Under the pieces are notes generated by a model. The model saw only the letters and a program-made list of their open reading frames with translations. It did no database searches and was not told the origin of the DNA. 64,000 nt of DNA from Octopus sinensis (taxonomy: Eukaryota), in the NCBI RefSeq assembly GCF_006345805.1, contig NC_043006.1, positions 7,750,001 through 7,814,000 of the forward strand, read 5' to 3'. Below are positions 13,331 through 26,442 of this stretch, piece after piece (position 1 is the first letter of the stretch; the number at the start of each line of letters is the position of its first letter). The position numbers were made by a program, and so were the translations under genes.

Positions 13331-14379
13331 AGACACTTTACTCTTACAGCGGGAATTGTATGTTATTGATGTCATAAAAGTTTCGAGAGAACGTGGAAGA
13401 ATTATTTTGAAATCTCGAAGCTCACATAAAACCATTATATACATGCTATTATTTACAGCTTCATGCCAGCTTCGAAATTGCCAAAAAGAATTACCATATT
13501 TTCCCTCGCAATCCTTGGCACACGCGCACACACGCACACACAGGCACACTCACAGATACACCCACACAGACAAACAGATATATCATACGTACATCCATAG
13601 ATATATATATACATAAATATATGTATTAGAGTAATAGCATATACTATATGCAGACAGCTGTTGCTGACCTATTAAGTTAAGATATGACATTTGTTGCTAG
13701 GCAAGTAACAAGAAATGGCAAACAATTAGTACCTGAGATTTATTGGTAGATATAATGCGTAATCTTATGAAATAAATGACTGGGTAGGTTATTATGATAA
13801 ATCTTTAGTTGTAACCTAGAAATACACAACTGTATATTAAGCAAGTCTGAATTTATTTGAAGCTGATAATTAAGTTGCCAAATATTGGTCAAATTAAGAG
13901 CACATTTGGTTAAGGAAAATTAGTATAAATTATAAGCTTGGCTGGTATAAACCTCGAATTTAGGTTGTATGATTTAATTTTGAAATCGTTTTTTACTTTT
14001 TTTTCATTATCTCTGCCCCCTTCCGCTTGACAGGTTTACCTCCCTTCGTCGGTTCCTTGTCGACACATAATGGGTTCATTTTGTTTTGTTTTTTTCCTCA
14101 TGATGTATTGAAAGAGCTGGGTGGGTAAAATTTAGCTCTCTAACATTAGGCATTTTTTTTGTATTACTACAGTGATGCTTTTCTTAGTAGGGTTCTGATA
14201 TTGTACCTGTAATTATTTATTATGTGCTTATTCATTAGGATTTATTCATAGTTAAGTGATATTTTGGAGCAGTAATGCCGTCTATAGCAGATATGTAACA
14301 TACATATATAAATATATATGTGTGTGTATGAGTGTGTGTGTTTTATGTGTTGCGTAGATGGACAGGCAGACAGACAGAC

Positions 14380-14396
14380 AGACTGATATATATATA

Positions 14397-14431
<35 letters not shown>

Positions 14432-14457
14432 TATATAGATAGATAGATAGATAGATA

Positions 14458-14550
<93 letters not shown>

Positions 14551-14560
14551 ATAGATAGAC
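14380..14560. repeat. compound (GATA)n-(GATT)n-(GATA)n microsatellite
   Basis: Read directly. It accounts for the YLSI/INQS pseudo-ORFs. Confidence 0.95.
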
Positions 14561-14619
14561 ATACATACATAAACATATATATGTATGCGTATATGCGTAT
14601 ATGTGCACATATATATCAT

Positions 14620-15230
14620 CTAATTGGATCGAGTCAATTTCGTTTCCTCCAACAGCACAGTCCACGTTCATTAGACATATCAACAAAACCCCTTCGTACA
14701 TCAGCTTCTGTAAATGCGAGTAATACTCAACTAACACTTTTTCCATCGCTCCAAATGCTAGATCTCCACCATTACTGAGATTCTCCCCTGGCCAACTCAC
14801 ATCTTTACCATTTCAAGGATCCCATCTGAAAGCAACTCCCAGCACGTACGAATTTTCTACAAAGATTAAATACACAGACAGCCGAAACCCCTTTTAAAGA
14901 TAGATCACTTCATTGATTTCCATTGAGTTACTCACATATGCTCCCATTCTTGAATTCAAACATGTTGTCTCTTGTTTCTACTTCCTCTCAGATCTGTTTG
15001 AACTTGTACAACATACTCTCGGGCACTCTCCACTCACTCCTGCTTCCGCCTTTTTCTAAAACCAACGCTAGGCTCCTCACTCTATCCACTATGCCCAGTT
15101 CTTCCCTTCTTGCATGATCGTGTTTTTTTCGGCAGTCACCAGAATGTTTTAAATGGAATGCTAACGGCACCATCCTCAAAGAGCTTGAAGACCCAACGAA
15201 GGTTCTGGAGAGAACGACTTTCTCCAAACA
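14620..15230 (-). mobile_element. old RTE-like LINE fragment (RT C-terminal region)
   Basis: Minus translation LGIVDRVRSLALVLEKGG...KFKQI...LSLKGVSAVCV has the spacing of RTE 'VDxFxYLG..GG..KF..LSLxxKG..CV'. Heavily decayed. Confidence 0.4.
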
Positions 15231-15429
15231 TAACTAACATGTATATATGTTTGCATGTTTGCGTTTATGGATGATTGTGAGTGGACGTATTTTTGCATGT
15301 GAAAGTGTGCGTGTGTGTATTGAAACAGTATAATTAAATAATAATCCATTACACTATACAACTCGTCATATAAATACATGTGTGGAGGGAGGGTGTTGAA
15401 GTGTGTGCGTATGTGAATGGGGGCAGTGA

Positions 15430-15890
15430 GAGAGAGTATGTTGTGAGTGTGAGTATGAATGTGTCTGTGTTGGTTTGTGTATGTGTCTACGTGTGTATGC
15501 GTGTATGCGCGTGTGAGTGTGTATGTGTGTATGTGTGAGTATGAATGTGTCTATATGTATGTGTATGTGTGTGTGTTTGTGTGTATGTATGTGTGATTGT
15601 GTGTGGTGTATGTGTGCTTGTGTGTGTGTGTATGTGTGCTTGTGTGTGTATGTATATGTGCTTGCGTGTGGCGTATGTGTATGTGCGCGTGTGAGTGTGC
15701 ATGTGTGTAAGTGTGAGTATGAATGTGTGTATGTGTGTGTACTTGTGTGTGTGTGTGTATGTGTGCTTGTGTGTGGTGCATGTGTGCTTGTGTGTGTGTG
15801 CTTGTGTGTGTATGTATGTGTGCTTGTGTGTGTGTGTATGTGTACTTGTGTGTGTGTGTGTATGTGTGTGTGTGTGTGTGTGTGTATTCT
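15430..15890. repeat. long imperfect (TG)n-rich tract
   Basis: Read directly. GTGTGAGTATGAATGTGT recurs within it. Confidence 0.9.
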
Positions 15891-18419
15891 GGCATATGAA
15901 CCATATTAATTTCTGCATTTTAAGTCCCTTGCAAGTTAATTCTATATGCTGGGGAAAATATCCCAATAAATGGCACTTAACGTATAGATATCTGTCAATT
16001 TATCGTATAGTTTTCTTCTCTTTCCTACTCTGTAGTTCAACATTTTATAAATGGATATTGCAATAATAGCAGTAAATGGTTTACGATATTGTCATCGACA
16101 AAATGCCTGGAAACTACTTTATATTGGGAATAACAATATTTCATATGCCTGATATTTAAAATGTACATATAATTACGCAGAATATCCTAAAAGAAATAAT
16201 CGCCTTACATATTTAATCTTTAGTTCGGGTTTTCCTTTTCTTTTGCTTGAGAAGGTTGGGTGTTTAGCTGATGAGAGAAACACTGAGTAGTAGCAGCCCG
16301 CTAAATGGGGACAGCTTCATAAGGATAAGAAACCACAGGAAATAAACATCCTTGTTTAATCTTGAAACATTAAGAGGAGAAGAAAATGGAAGAAAGTTTA
16401 CGATGATTGCTTGTATATCTGTTTATGTTTGGAAGGTTAGTAATCATATAACAAACTAATACATTGATTATTTTGAATGTTTTCAAACACAGTAGCACAA
16501 TATATTAAATGTCATACTTGAAACGCAAATTTCAGTAACATGGCTTTGTTCTTCTGTAAAACTTCCATAAGACTAACTCAAATACATTCATATTCATTCG
16601 TTCATAAAATTCTCATCGTTTCTTATAAAATCACACATCCCCGAAACCATGAATGTTATGTCAATTCACAGCGCAAATAAAAGCTACAATTTTAATTGAT
16701 TACACTCTATTTTACTTGTGTACTTTCTTTCTCAATGTCTGTATTCTTTGATTCTCTTCGTCTATAAGTCATGCTGTCTACTATCTCGGATTCACTCAAA
16801 TATTTATCCGACACACAAGTAAAAGTAACATATTTAAATATTTCGTTTATAACAAAAACCTTGTTTAAGAGTGACGAAAGTCAGTTGTCCTTACATATCA
16901 CTGACCTTTCACCACATCCCGGAAAATGTATAATCTATATGATCTAAACCACAGACAGTGCACAACTGTCGTGCTCCTAACTAGAGTTCCGTTAGCTTCA
17001 TAAATCCCACTAGACAATGCCAATCATATACGCCATCTTATTACAGATAGCGTACGTCTGTCAACTGATTAATGCCAGCAAGGCAATTATGTCGCCAACT
17101 GTCATTAAGTGGCATGTGATCCATCTGAATATCTGAAGCGAAATAGCTTCCATAAATTAGCACTAATAAACAAATCATACACCAACAATGCACCAGACAT
17201 TTTTCCAGCTATACGAGAAATTTAATGACAGGAACTTATTCATATCACTTCTGTGTAGGCTGGTCTTTCGAATGGACTGAAGAAAAGAGAAATCACGTTA
17301 CCTTTGGCAACAAATTTCTGTGGTTTCTATTTACAAGCTTTTCCGTAGAATCAGCAAATCCTATGCATTTTCCTTTAGACTCAATATTTTGCTATTATTC
17401 CGCAACGATTGAGCGGTAGAAAATGAGATCTGAATATTCTGTTTGAGATCTTAGTCAATCATTGTTTATTAGCAAAATGCTATATTTGAATTACAAGGCT
17501 TGCCTGAATTGTATTCAATTGCTTGCTTTCAGACCGGATAACAGACCGATTGCGAGAGAAAGCAAACACATGAATATCTTTGAATTACAATTAATAGCCC
17601 AGCGGCCAACAACATTTAGACGCTTGCAAGACAGGAAAAATATTGCAAACTAAAAAAGATATTGAAAAGTCAATAAATCGACGAGAACGAATAAAATCAT
17701 TCGCAACACAATAAACACTCACTAGTTTTGATAACCATCAACAACGATTGCTACTGGCACCAGCGATATTTACTTTGCGTCGTCTTCAAAAGAATTTCTT
17801 GGTCCACTGTTGTATGGAATGTTTGCGTCCCTCAAAGCACGGCTTCGTCGTCTTTTATGGATTTGCTAATTATTCGGATTGCAGAATTTGTGTATTCAGC
17901 AGAATGTAAAGGAATCAGAGATTCTGTATTTAACACAATTTACTTTAACAACGTAGATGATAAAAACAAAACATAAAATTAATGTCTAGTTAATTACAGT
18001 ATTTGTTTCCATAGCGTCAGCGTTGTTTACCTTCACAACTGTGTTTGAAGTTGATATACTCATTACTAAAGTCTTTTCCTTCATGTTTTGTCTCTTTGGT
18101 GCAAACAGCATCCTTTCCTGACAAATGCATTCTTATAATGTATTCAAAATATTCAGCAACTTTATTTACGTATACTCTTGGCTTTCTAAATAAAGATATG
18201 TGGGGTGGAGTGGTTGTGTGTGGTGCTGGGTTGTGTGTGTGTTTGTATGTATGTTTGTGTGTGTATGTTGCGTGGTGGTAGAACGTATGCGTATATATAA
18301 GTATATGTATGCGTATGTATATATGTGCGTATAAATAAACGCATACTTATATGTACATATATATATATATGTGTGTGTGTATACACGAACATATATAGAC
18401 ATATATACATATACGTAAA

Positions 18420-18478
18420 TGTATAGACATAGATAGATAGACAGATATATATACACATATATATATATATATATATAT

Positions 18479-18510
<32 letters not shown>

Positions 18511-18515
18511 TTAGG

Positions 18516-18568
<53 letters not shown>

Positions 18569-18689
18569 GGATAGATAGATAGACAGATAGATAGGTAGAT
18601 AGATAGATAGATAGTTAGGTATATATATAGATAGATAGATAGTTAGATAGATATATATATATAGATAGATAGATAGATAGATAGATAGT

Positions 18690-18754
<65 letters not shown>

Positions 18755-18765
18755 GAGTTCATAGA
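18420..18765. repeat. (AT)n/(GATA)n microsatellite block
   Basis: Read directly. Confidence 0.95.
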
Positions 18766-19379
18766 TAGAAAGGTAGAAAAATATGCTTGTGCATATATAC
18801 ATCAAGGTGTGTTGGCATGAGTATATGTGTGTGTATGCGTGTGTGGCGTGTGTATTTGTGTCACTGTATGTGTGTGTGTGTGTACGTGCGTCTATATACG
18901 CACATATAAACAAAACTCACATACACAACACACACACACGCATGTATATATGTGCATAAATATATCCACAGCCAGACAAATGTCGAACACGTGAAACTAA
19001 TCAACGTGCAATTTTGTGGCTCACTCAGTTTTATCTCTTTTCCTCAGTTCTTTCTATTCCCAGACTCTCCGGCACTTACCTGTTGTATCCGACAAAGGGC
19101 CATGTACGAAACGTTATAACTTTTACTCTCCCTTGAATGCCAAAGATTATAATATTAACTGTGAACCTTCCTCGAACATTTGTTGTTTATTTCTGTTGTT
19201 TCTATTCGCCTTGCACTACATACACACGTGTATGCGTGAGTTTATGTGTGGGTGTCTATGTGTGCATACACGCACAAGCATGTGTGTGTGTGTGTGTGTG
19301 TGTATAAATATTAGAAACATGACTCAGAAACTCAATAGAGAGCAATAAAACATCCGGACAGACAGACGATACATATTAA

Positions 19380-21680
19380 TAGGAGAAGAGGTAAACCTCA
19401 GAGTCTTGGTGGAAGATGTTACAAGTGTGGCGAAAAAGGCCACATACACTCTGAATGTAAAACAGGCAAGGAAAATAACCACCCAAGGAAGACTCTATAG
19501 CTGAGGAAAGTAAACCAGAGGTGGAGGCGCGGCTATCAGTAACGAAGCAACATAAACAGTCCTGAAGATGCAGAGAATCCAGAATGGATTACTCTCGGCT
19601 TACACAAGTAAAGAAGAAGAAAAAGATACCCCCACACTCAACAAAGACAGACACACCAACCACAAGCACACACGAACCCACCATCACAAGCGCACACGCA
19701 CCCACAAAAAGCACACGCACCCACAAACACACACGCACCCACAAACACAGGCGCATCCACCACCACAAACACAAACGAATCCACCACCACAAAAACACAC
19801 ACGTCCCACAAACTCCCCAATCCCCGCCAAGTAAATCATGCATTAATATCACAGCAATAAACATCAAAAGCACACTTTTAAAAAATGAAATTGAAAACAT
19901 CTCCACTGCAAATATATAGACGACCTGAAAATACAGTTGTCGCTCACCATGTCCAGTTTTACATAATAGACGGCATAAACTATATAATACAATCAAAAAA
20001 TCATTCCCGGAGGACGTAGGCCCGTTACAAATACATTTCTCTAATCATTTGTAATAAACCCACAAACTACACCACCTGAAGAAAGGAAAGAGGAGGGACT
20101 ACCCCAAAACACTAAGTTTGTTCCTTTTATGTTCTTGCCCCAATTAGGTTGTATAAATGTACGAAGCCTGGGTTCGGATTGGAAGTAAATATGTCTCCTT
20201 GACGATCTCAGGTTGCATAGAATGCATTTAGTAGTTGCTACTGAAAGCTACCTGTGTGGGCTGCAGGCTTTCTCACCCCTCCTAAACGGCTACAAGAAAT
20301 TTATTTTCTCTAAGCAAATCTGGAACAACATGGTCGTTCAGTAAACGAGCCCGGGGAGATGTGCAAAGTATTTCATGAGCATTTCGCCCAGCGTTTCGGG
20401 AGGGGCGGTGGATCGGAGCGTGGAGAGGACCTCGTGGACTTCCTAGCCAATTCGACACGTCTCTCGGGGCGGGAAGCAGAGTTTTGTGAACGCCCAATCA
20501 CAGATGCAGAGGTGGAGGACGCGTTATCGGACTGCGGCGAGGACAAGTCGTCGCGACTAGATGGTTTCCCCTATGAACTGTATTATAGTGTGCCAGGTTT
20601 GTTTGAGAACCCAATTGTACGCTTCTGTACCAACTTGCAGCAGAACAGGATTCCCTAGTCTCTGAGCCGGGGTGCCGCTGCTAAGCAAGGCCCCAAAGAA
20701 GGGGGACGTAATTAATAATTTCAGACCCATCACTCTGCTTAACGCAGAGTTGAAGATTTTAGCGAAGGCTTCAGCAAAATGGTTGGCGCAAGTCGTGAGT
20801 AAAGTTGTTGTGAGGCGCAAACGTGTGCCATCCCTGGCAGATCAATTCACGACAATCTTCTCCATCTTCTCTGCTATTCTTTAGAGAGGGTAAATAGAAT
20901 TCCTGGCAAGGGTGGAGCTATGGTCCATTTAGACCAATCAAAAGCGTTCGATAGTGTTGACCATCAGTATCTGGCGGCGGTCCTTGCGGCGCCCGTTTTT
21001 GGCCCGACCTTCCGTAGGTGAATCATCGCTTTATATAGCGACATCGAACCGATAGTTCGGGTGAACGGTTTCTTTTCGAAACCGTTCTGCATTGAGCGAT
21101 CGGTGCATCAAATGTGTCCTATCTCTCCACTTTTGTACGTTTTGGCCCTAGAGCCATTGGTGAGGAAGTTGGAGGCTATGAGGGGCACTCCACGAGATCT
21201 AGGGGGCGGAAATCAGTTTCGGCTTATGCAGATGACATTACCGTCATCGTATTCCGGGTCGAACACCTATAGGTGAGGCCATAAGAGATTACGAAGCGGT
21301 GGCAGGAGCAAAAATTGTCAGTCGGCTTGCAACTTTATTCTTTTCATATGAAAAAGAAAAATAAGTCTGGAGAAGAGATGTCTGTCGCACGGAGTGTTTC
21401 GGAAAAAATGGAAGACTGTAGCAAATGTATTGAGAGTGAGTGAATCTGTTTGAGCAAGAACACAAACCCATAAAAAAGGTTTCAGTGCTGGAATGTGGTT
21501 TGTGTGGTCAACCACGTCCCTCATTTTATAATTGTTAATCATTCGCTTTTCATTGTTGTATTGCATTTTTGTAATTTTATCTTTACGTTATCACGTTGTT
21601 ATTCGCATTCGATCCTCTACCTCTTGCCTGTCCTTGTTTTGTCCACTCTTCATTTAGACCGTAATGGTTCATAAAGAAAA
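19380..21680 (+). mobile_element. Tx1-like (L1 clade) LINE remnant, internally deleted
   Basis: Gag knuckle CYKCGEKGHIHSEC (19417-19458); APE start LGCINVRSL (20144); RT motifs NFRPITLLN, DQSKAFDSVDHQYL (20932), QMCPISPLLYVLALEPL, AYADDI (21222); C-terminus FRKKWKTVANVLRV; 3' UTR ending ATAAAGAAAA. Confidence 0.85.
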
Positions 21681-21819
21681 GAGTTTGAAAACGGTTACTT
21701 GAAGTTCGAAACTTATATCAGAGTAACGCACTGTAAACATTACTATTAAGATTAAAATTTAAATTGTCCCCTCAAAAAAGCGATCTCTACTCATTCTTTC
21801 AAATATGTATACGTACACA

Positions 21820-22228
21820 CATCATTCATCATCATTGTTCGACCGTGGTCGAGACAATGGAATTTACTATGTTACGCCAGACTTCACGGTCCATCATAGC
21901 ATTACGGAGGTCCTGTTGCTGGATGCCTGTATCCCTGGAGATTACATCAGGGTAGGAGAGTGTGCGCCCTCTGGTATTGCGAGTAGATGGCTTCCAGAGG
22001 AGAAGAGTAGAAATTACTTCTTTTTCAGCTCTACAACAATGTCCAGAAAACTGGACTCTCCTACCTTTCACAAGAGATGACACAGGTGGTAATTTCCCAT
22101 ATATTTGCATTTTGGTTGGATGGCGCTTCCACGAGAGATTTTGAGCTCTCATAAGGAGGCGAGTGTAGGTTCCATCCAACCGCCTCTCAAGCTTCTTTGA
22201 TAACGTCCAGGTTTCTGAGCCATATACG
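21820..22228 (-). mobile_element. RTE-clade LINE 3' fragment
   Basis: YGSETWTLSKKLERRLDGTYTRLL...RRVQFSGHCCR...AMMDREVWRNIV, followed by a (TGA)n tail. Confidence 0.85.
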
Positions 22229-22780
22229 TACACACACACACATATGTATATAGCCATAAATAATATACACAGAAGTGAGTGCGTACGATAACACATGTAT
22301 TTTTAAACCCGTTATACTTCCGTAGAAAATGTTACTTTTGAGCTGACGCAGGCTTTTCTTTCTTCTTATTTGTCGTAGTAACAGTTCTTTTAGCCTTTCA
22401 TACTTGCCTTACTTAAAGTACAATAGAGATTATTTTATACGAACCAAACGTACGGAGCAAATTTGACCTTTTCTATTCAAATGCCAAGTTAAAATTTAGT
22501 ATTAGTTTGGATTACTAGCACGTGTTGTTAGAATGTTCTGTAGAAAATCTGTTTTATGAAAGTGAAACATTTCCGGTACAGAAATGAAAAAGGATAAATC
22601 ATAAATCCCTCACTTTCAGTCTTAACTTCTTTACTTCAAAGACAACATTTCAATTTGTTTTTAATTCATGGAAAAAGACTGCAGCGCTTAGTATGGACAA
22701 AGACCTGAAATATGGAGGAAGAGGCAATGGTCACCGAACCCGAAAGGACGAAAAGCAAAGCCAGAATCGGACAAAATACC

Positions 22781-23011
22781 TATTTCTTTACTACCCAAAA
22801 GAGGCTAAACACTGAGGGAACAAACAAGGACAGACAAACGGATTAAGTCGATAACATCGACCCCAGTGCGTAACAGGTACTTATTTAATCGACCCCGAGT
22901 GGATGAAAGGCAAAGTCGACCTCGGCGGAATTTGAACTCAGAACGTAGCGGCAGACGAAACACGGCTACGCATTTCGCCCGGCGTGCTAATGTTTCTGCC
23001 AGGTCGCCGCC
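22781..23011 (-). mobile_element. SINE family C
   Basis: Reverse complement of the 7878 element. Confidence 0.9.
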
Positions 23012-23423
23012 TTTATTTGGGCGGAATACCGGTTAGCATTTTGTCCAGCATGCTAACGATTCTGTCCGCTTAATATCATTGAGAGTTTCAAATTTTAGAA
23101 CCAAGTACCACATATTAGAGGAGGATCTTAGTAATAACAGTGTAGCAAAACGGCGGTGCGTCAGCATGGCCACAGCTCTGAGCTGAAACTAGAGAAGGAA
23201 AAAAAAAACAATTTTAGGAGATGGGAATATCCGATGGCATCGATTTTAATAAGGATGGAAGACAAAGATGACCACGATAGTTTTTGGATTCAGGAATAAA
23301 GAAACACCACTGAACAATTTGCTCGCCACCATTACGCTTCAGCTGGGTCAAAGACTTAATGATGTTAATAATCCATTGTACTGTCGGCACATCGCCTGAA
23401 ATTTCGCGACGCTATATGATCCA

Positions 23424-24207
23424 GGCCGGCGAGCTGGCAGAAACGTTAGCACGCCGGGCGAAATGCGCTGCCGCATTTCGTCTGCCGTTACGTTCCGAGT
23501 TCAAATTCCGCCGAGGTCGACTTTGCCTTTCATCCTTCCGGGGTCGATAAATTAAGTACCAGTTACGCACTGGGGTCGATGTAATCGACTTAATCCCTTT
23601 GTCTGTCCTTGTTTGTCTCCTCTGTGTTTAGCCCCTTGTGGGTAATAAAGAAATAGGTATTTGGTCTGCCGCTACGTTCTGAGTTCAAATTCCGCCAAGG
23701 TCGACTTTGCCTTTCATCCTTCCGGGGTCGATAAATTAAGTACCAGTTACGCACTGGGGTCGATGTAATCGACTTAATCCCTTTGTATGTCCTTGTTTGT
23801 CTCCTCTGTGTTTAGCCCCTTGTGGGTAATAAAGAAATAGGTATTTGGTCTGGCGCTACGTTCTGAGTTCAAATTCCGCCGAGGTCGACTTTGCCTTTCA
23901 TCCTTCCGGGGTCGATAAATTAAGTACCAGTTACGCACTGGGGTCGATGTAATCGACTTAATCCCTTTGTCTGTCCTTGTTTGTCTCCTCTGTGTTTAGC
24001 CCCTTGTGGGTAATAAAGAAATAGGTATTTGGTCTGCCGCTACGTTCTGAGTTCAAATTCCGCCGAGGTCGACTTTGCCTTTCATCCTTCCGGGGTCGAT
24101 AAATTAAGTACCAGTTACGCACTGGGGTCGATGTAATCGACTTAATCCCTTTGTCTGTCCTTGTTTGTCTCCTCTGTGTTTAGCCCCTTGTGGGTAGTAA
24201 AGAAATA
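23424..24207 (+). mobile_element. SINE family C with three extra 184-bp tandem units
   Basis: Unit junctions AAATAGGTATTTGG at 23651, 23835 and 24019. TSD TATATGATCCAGGCC at 23413-23427 and 24208-24222. Confidence 0.95.
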
Positions 24208-24488
24208 TATATGATCCAGGCCGATCGCAGTAGGAGTAAACCCCGAAATCGTCCAGAAACAGAGCAAACGATTGCATTTCAGAAATCTGAGTCTCACAAA
24301 TGGCTCCTACATCCAGACATAGTGACTTGAGGTCGTTCAGCTGGTGATCCTGCTTCCATGCGACTCTCAGGTCATGAGCATTTAAACAACCTATTCTTAG
24401 AACTGCCATTCAGGGAAGAAGTAAAGAAACGATAGAAGAGTCAGTCACTTACCCTAACCTGGCGTTGGTCGTTTTTCGAATGTTCTAA
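24208..24488 (-). mobile_element. Tx1-like LINE ORF2 start (APE endonuclease N-terminus), interrupted by the SINE array
   Basis: MAVLRIGCLNAHDLRVAWKQDHQLNDLKSLCLDVGAICETQ is homologous to the APE start at 20144. Confidence 0.75.
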
Positions 24489-24962
24489 TGCACATCTCCC
24501 CGGGCTCGTTTACTGAACGACCATGTTGTTCCAGATTTGCTTAGAGAAAGTAAATTTCTTGTAGCCGTTTAGGAGGGGTGAGAAAGCTTGCAGCCCACAC
24601 AGTTAGCTTTCAGTAGCAACTACTAAATGCATTCTATGCAACCTGAGATCGTCAAGGAGACATATTTACTTCCAATCCGAACCCAGGCTTCGTACATTTA
24701 TACAACCTAATTGGGGCAAGAACATAAAAGGAACAAACTTAGTGTTTTGGGGTAGTCCCTCCTCTTTCCTTTCTTCGGGTGGTGTAGTTTGTGGGTTTAT
24801 TACAAACGATTAGAGAAATGAATTTGTAACGGGCCTACGTCCTCCGGGAATGATTTTGATTGTATTATATAGTTTATGCCGTCTAATATGTAAAACTAAA
24901 CATGGTGAGCGACAACTGTATTTTCAGGTTGTCTATATATTTGCAGTGGTGATGTTTTCAAT
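24489..24962 (-). repeat. inverted duplicate of 19890-20365
   Basis: Reverse complement matches over about 475 bp with only scattered differences. Confidence 0.95.
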
Positions 24963-25210
24963 GGGCCTTTAAATATTCTTTTGACTAAAAACTCCTACAT
25001 CATAAGTGGAATGAGAGTTCAAAATTTGGTTTATATTAGAATCTACAAACGCCATCGATTCCTCGCTCTCTTTCCGGAGAACCGTGTAATTGTGCAGCTC
25101 GTCCGTGAGATGTTGATCTAATTGTTTCGTGTTCTAATTTACTGTGGCTGATGTTGTTATTGTCGTTTTGGCTATTTTTAATTAATTTTCTTCTGTTACT
25201 GATCCTATTT

Positions 25211-25621
25211 ATTTATTACTCACAAGGGGCTAAACATAGAGGGGACAAACAATGACAGACGGACGGAATAACTATTTCTTTACTACCCAAAAGGGGCTAA
25301 ACATAGAGAGAACAAACAAGGAAAGACAAACGGATTAAGTCGATTACATCGGCCCCAGTGCGTAACTGGTACTTATTTAATCGACCCCGAATGGATGAAA
25401 GGCAAAGTCGAGCTCGGCGGAATTTGAACTCAGAACGTAGCGGCAAACGAAATACGGCTACGCATTTCGCTCGGCGTGCGTAACTGGTACTTAATTTATC
25501 AACCTCGAAAGGATGAAAGGCAAAGTCGACCTCGGCGGAATTTGAACTCAGAACGTAGCGGCAGACGAAATACGGCTACGCATTTCGCCCGGCGTGCTAA
25601 CGATTCTGTCAGCTCGCCGCC
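25211..25621 (-). mobile_element. SINE family C with internal duplication and extra tail
   Basis: Central domain present twice, joined at GTGC microhomology near 25476. TSD TCTGTTACTGATCCT at 25192-25206 and 25633-25647. Confidence 0.85.
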
Positions 25622-26125
25622 TTTTACTCGCCTCTGTTACTGATCCTGTTGTGTCTCTCGTTGTTGCTGTGAACGTTGGTTCAGTTCTTGATGTTGCTGT
25701 AGTTGCGTTATCTCGTTCTTGCTGCTGCTGCTGTTGTTGTTGTTGTTGATTTTGTTGTTGTGCTGCTGCTGTCGGTTGTTGAAATTGTTAGCCCGGCCCC
25801 TTGGTTAGTTACGTGATTGGGGGGTACCGTTCTCAAGGTTATTCAGATTCATACCCGCAAACTATTAGTCATTGGGTGTTTGTTTCATCGGTATTTTCAC
25901 CCGCCTCCCCCCTTTCCTTTTTGGAGTTCGCTCGACGATCACCTGTTGGGGTCTTTTGACTCGTCCGAGGCCCCTTCTATATCTGTTCTGCATTCAAATC
26001 CTGCCGAGGTCAAAATCGATGAAATAAAGTAACAGTAGAGTACTGGGGACGATGATCAAGATTTACATCCTCCCCTCAAAATTGCTGGACCTGTACCAAA
26101 ATTAGAAACATTTAGTAGCAGTAGC

Positions 26126-26158
<33 letters not shown>

Positions 26159-26442
26159 GGTAGTAGTAGTAGCAACAACAACATCCCTCGCAGTAAATAT
26201 TAACCAGTGCAGGTTGAAATATTGCCGACAACCGTGATTGGGTTACAGTTTAATACATAAATACATATTAAGGAAAGTATTTTCCTAATCGATAAAGCGA
26301 TCAATATTTATTTATCTCTATGACAATGCCATAAAGAGAGAAAGTTAAATCGCTATGGTCTGTTTTGATTTTTCAAATCAGAAGTTTTAGTCATCATTTG
26401 ATTAACCCAGTTCATTTCCAGTCAGTATGTTTCTAAGTTATA

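Noticed and set aside
14242-16066. Long ORFs of 120-170 aa (YLSI, INQS, HTHT, VCVC repeats)
   Set aside because: They are translations of (GATA)n, (GATT)n and (TG)n microsatellites. The same applies to ORFs at 4621-5056, 31345-31777, 34989-35562 and 49074-49875.
16265-16285. CTGATGAGAGAAAC hammerhead-like core
   Set aside because: There is no stem II between CTGATGA and GAAA and no convincing stems I or III.
17400-18180. Non-repetitive stretch with possible splice acceptor and protein-like patches
   Set aside because: All frames are interrupted by stops within about 60 codons and nothing was recognisable. A UTR or non-coding exon cannot be excluded.
23424-24207. Regular direct repeats resembling a CRISPR array
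   Set aside because: The 184-bp units are wholly repeated SINE sequence with no unique spacers, in a eukaryotic context with no cas genes.
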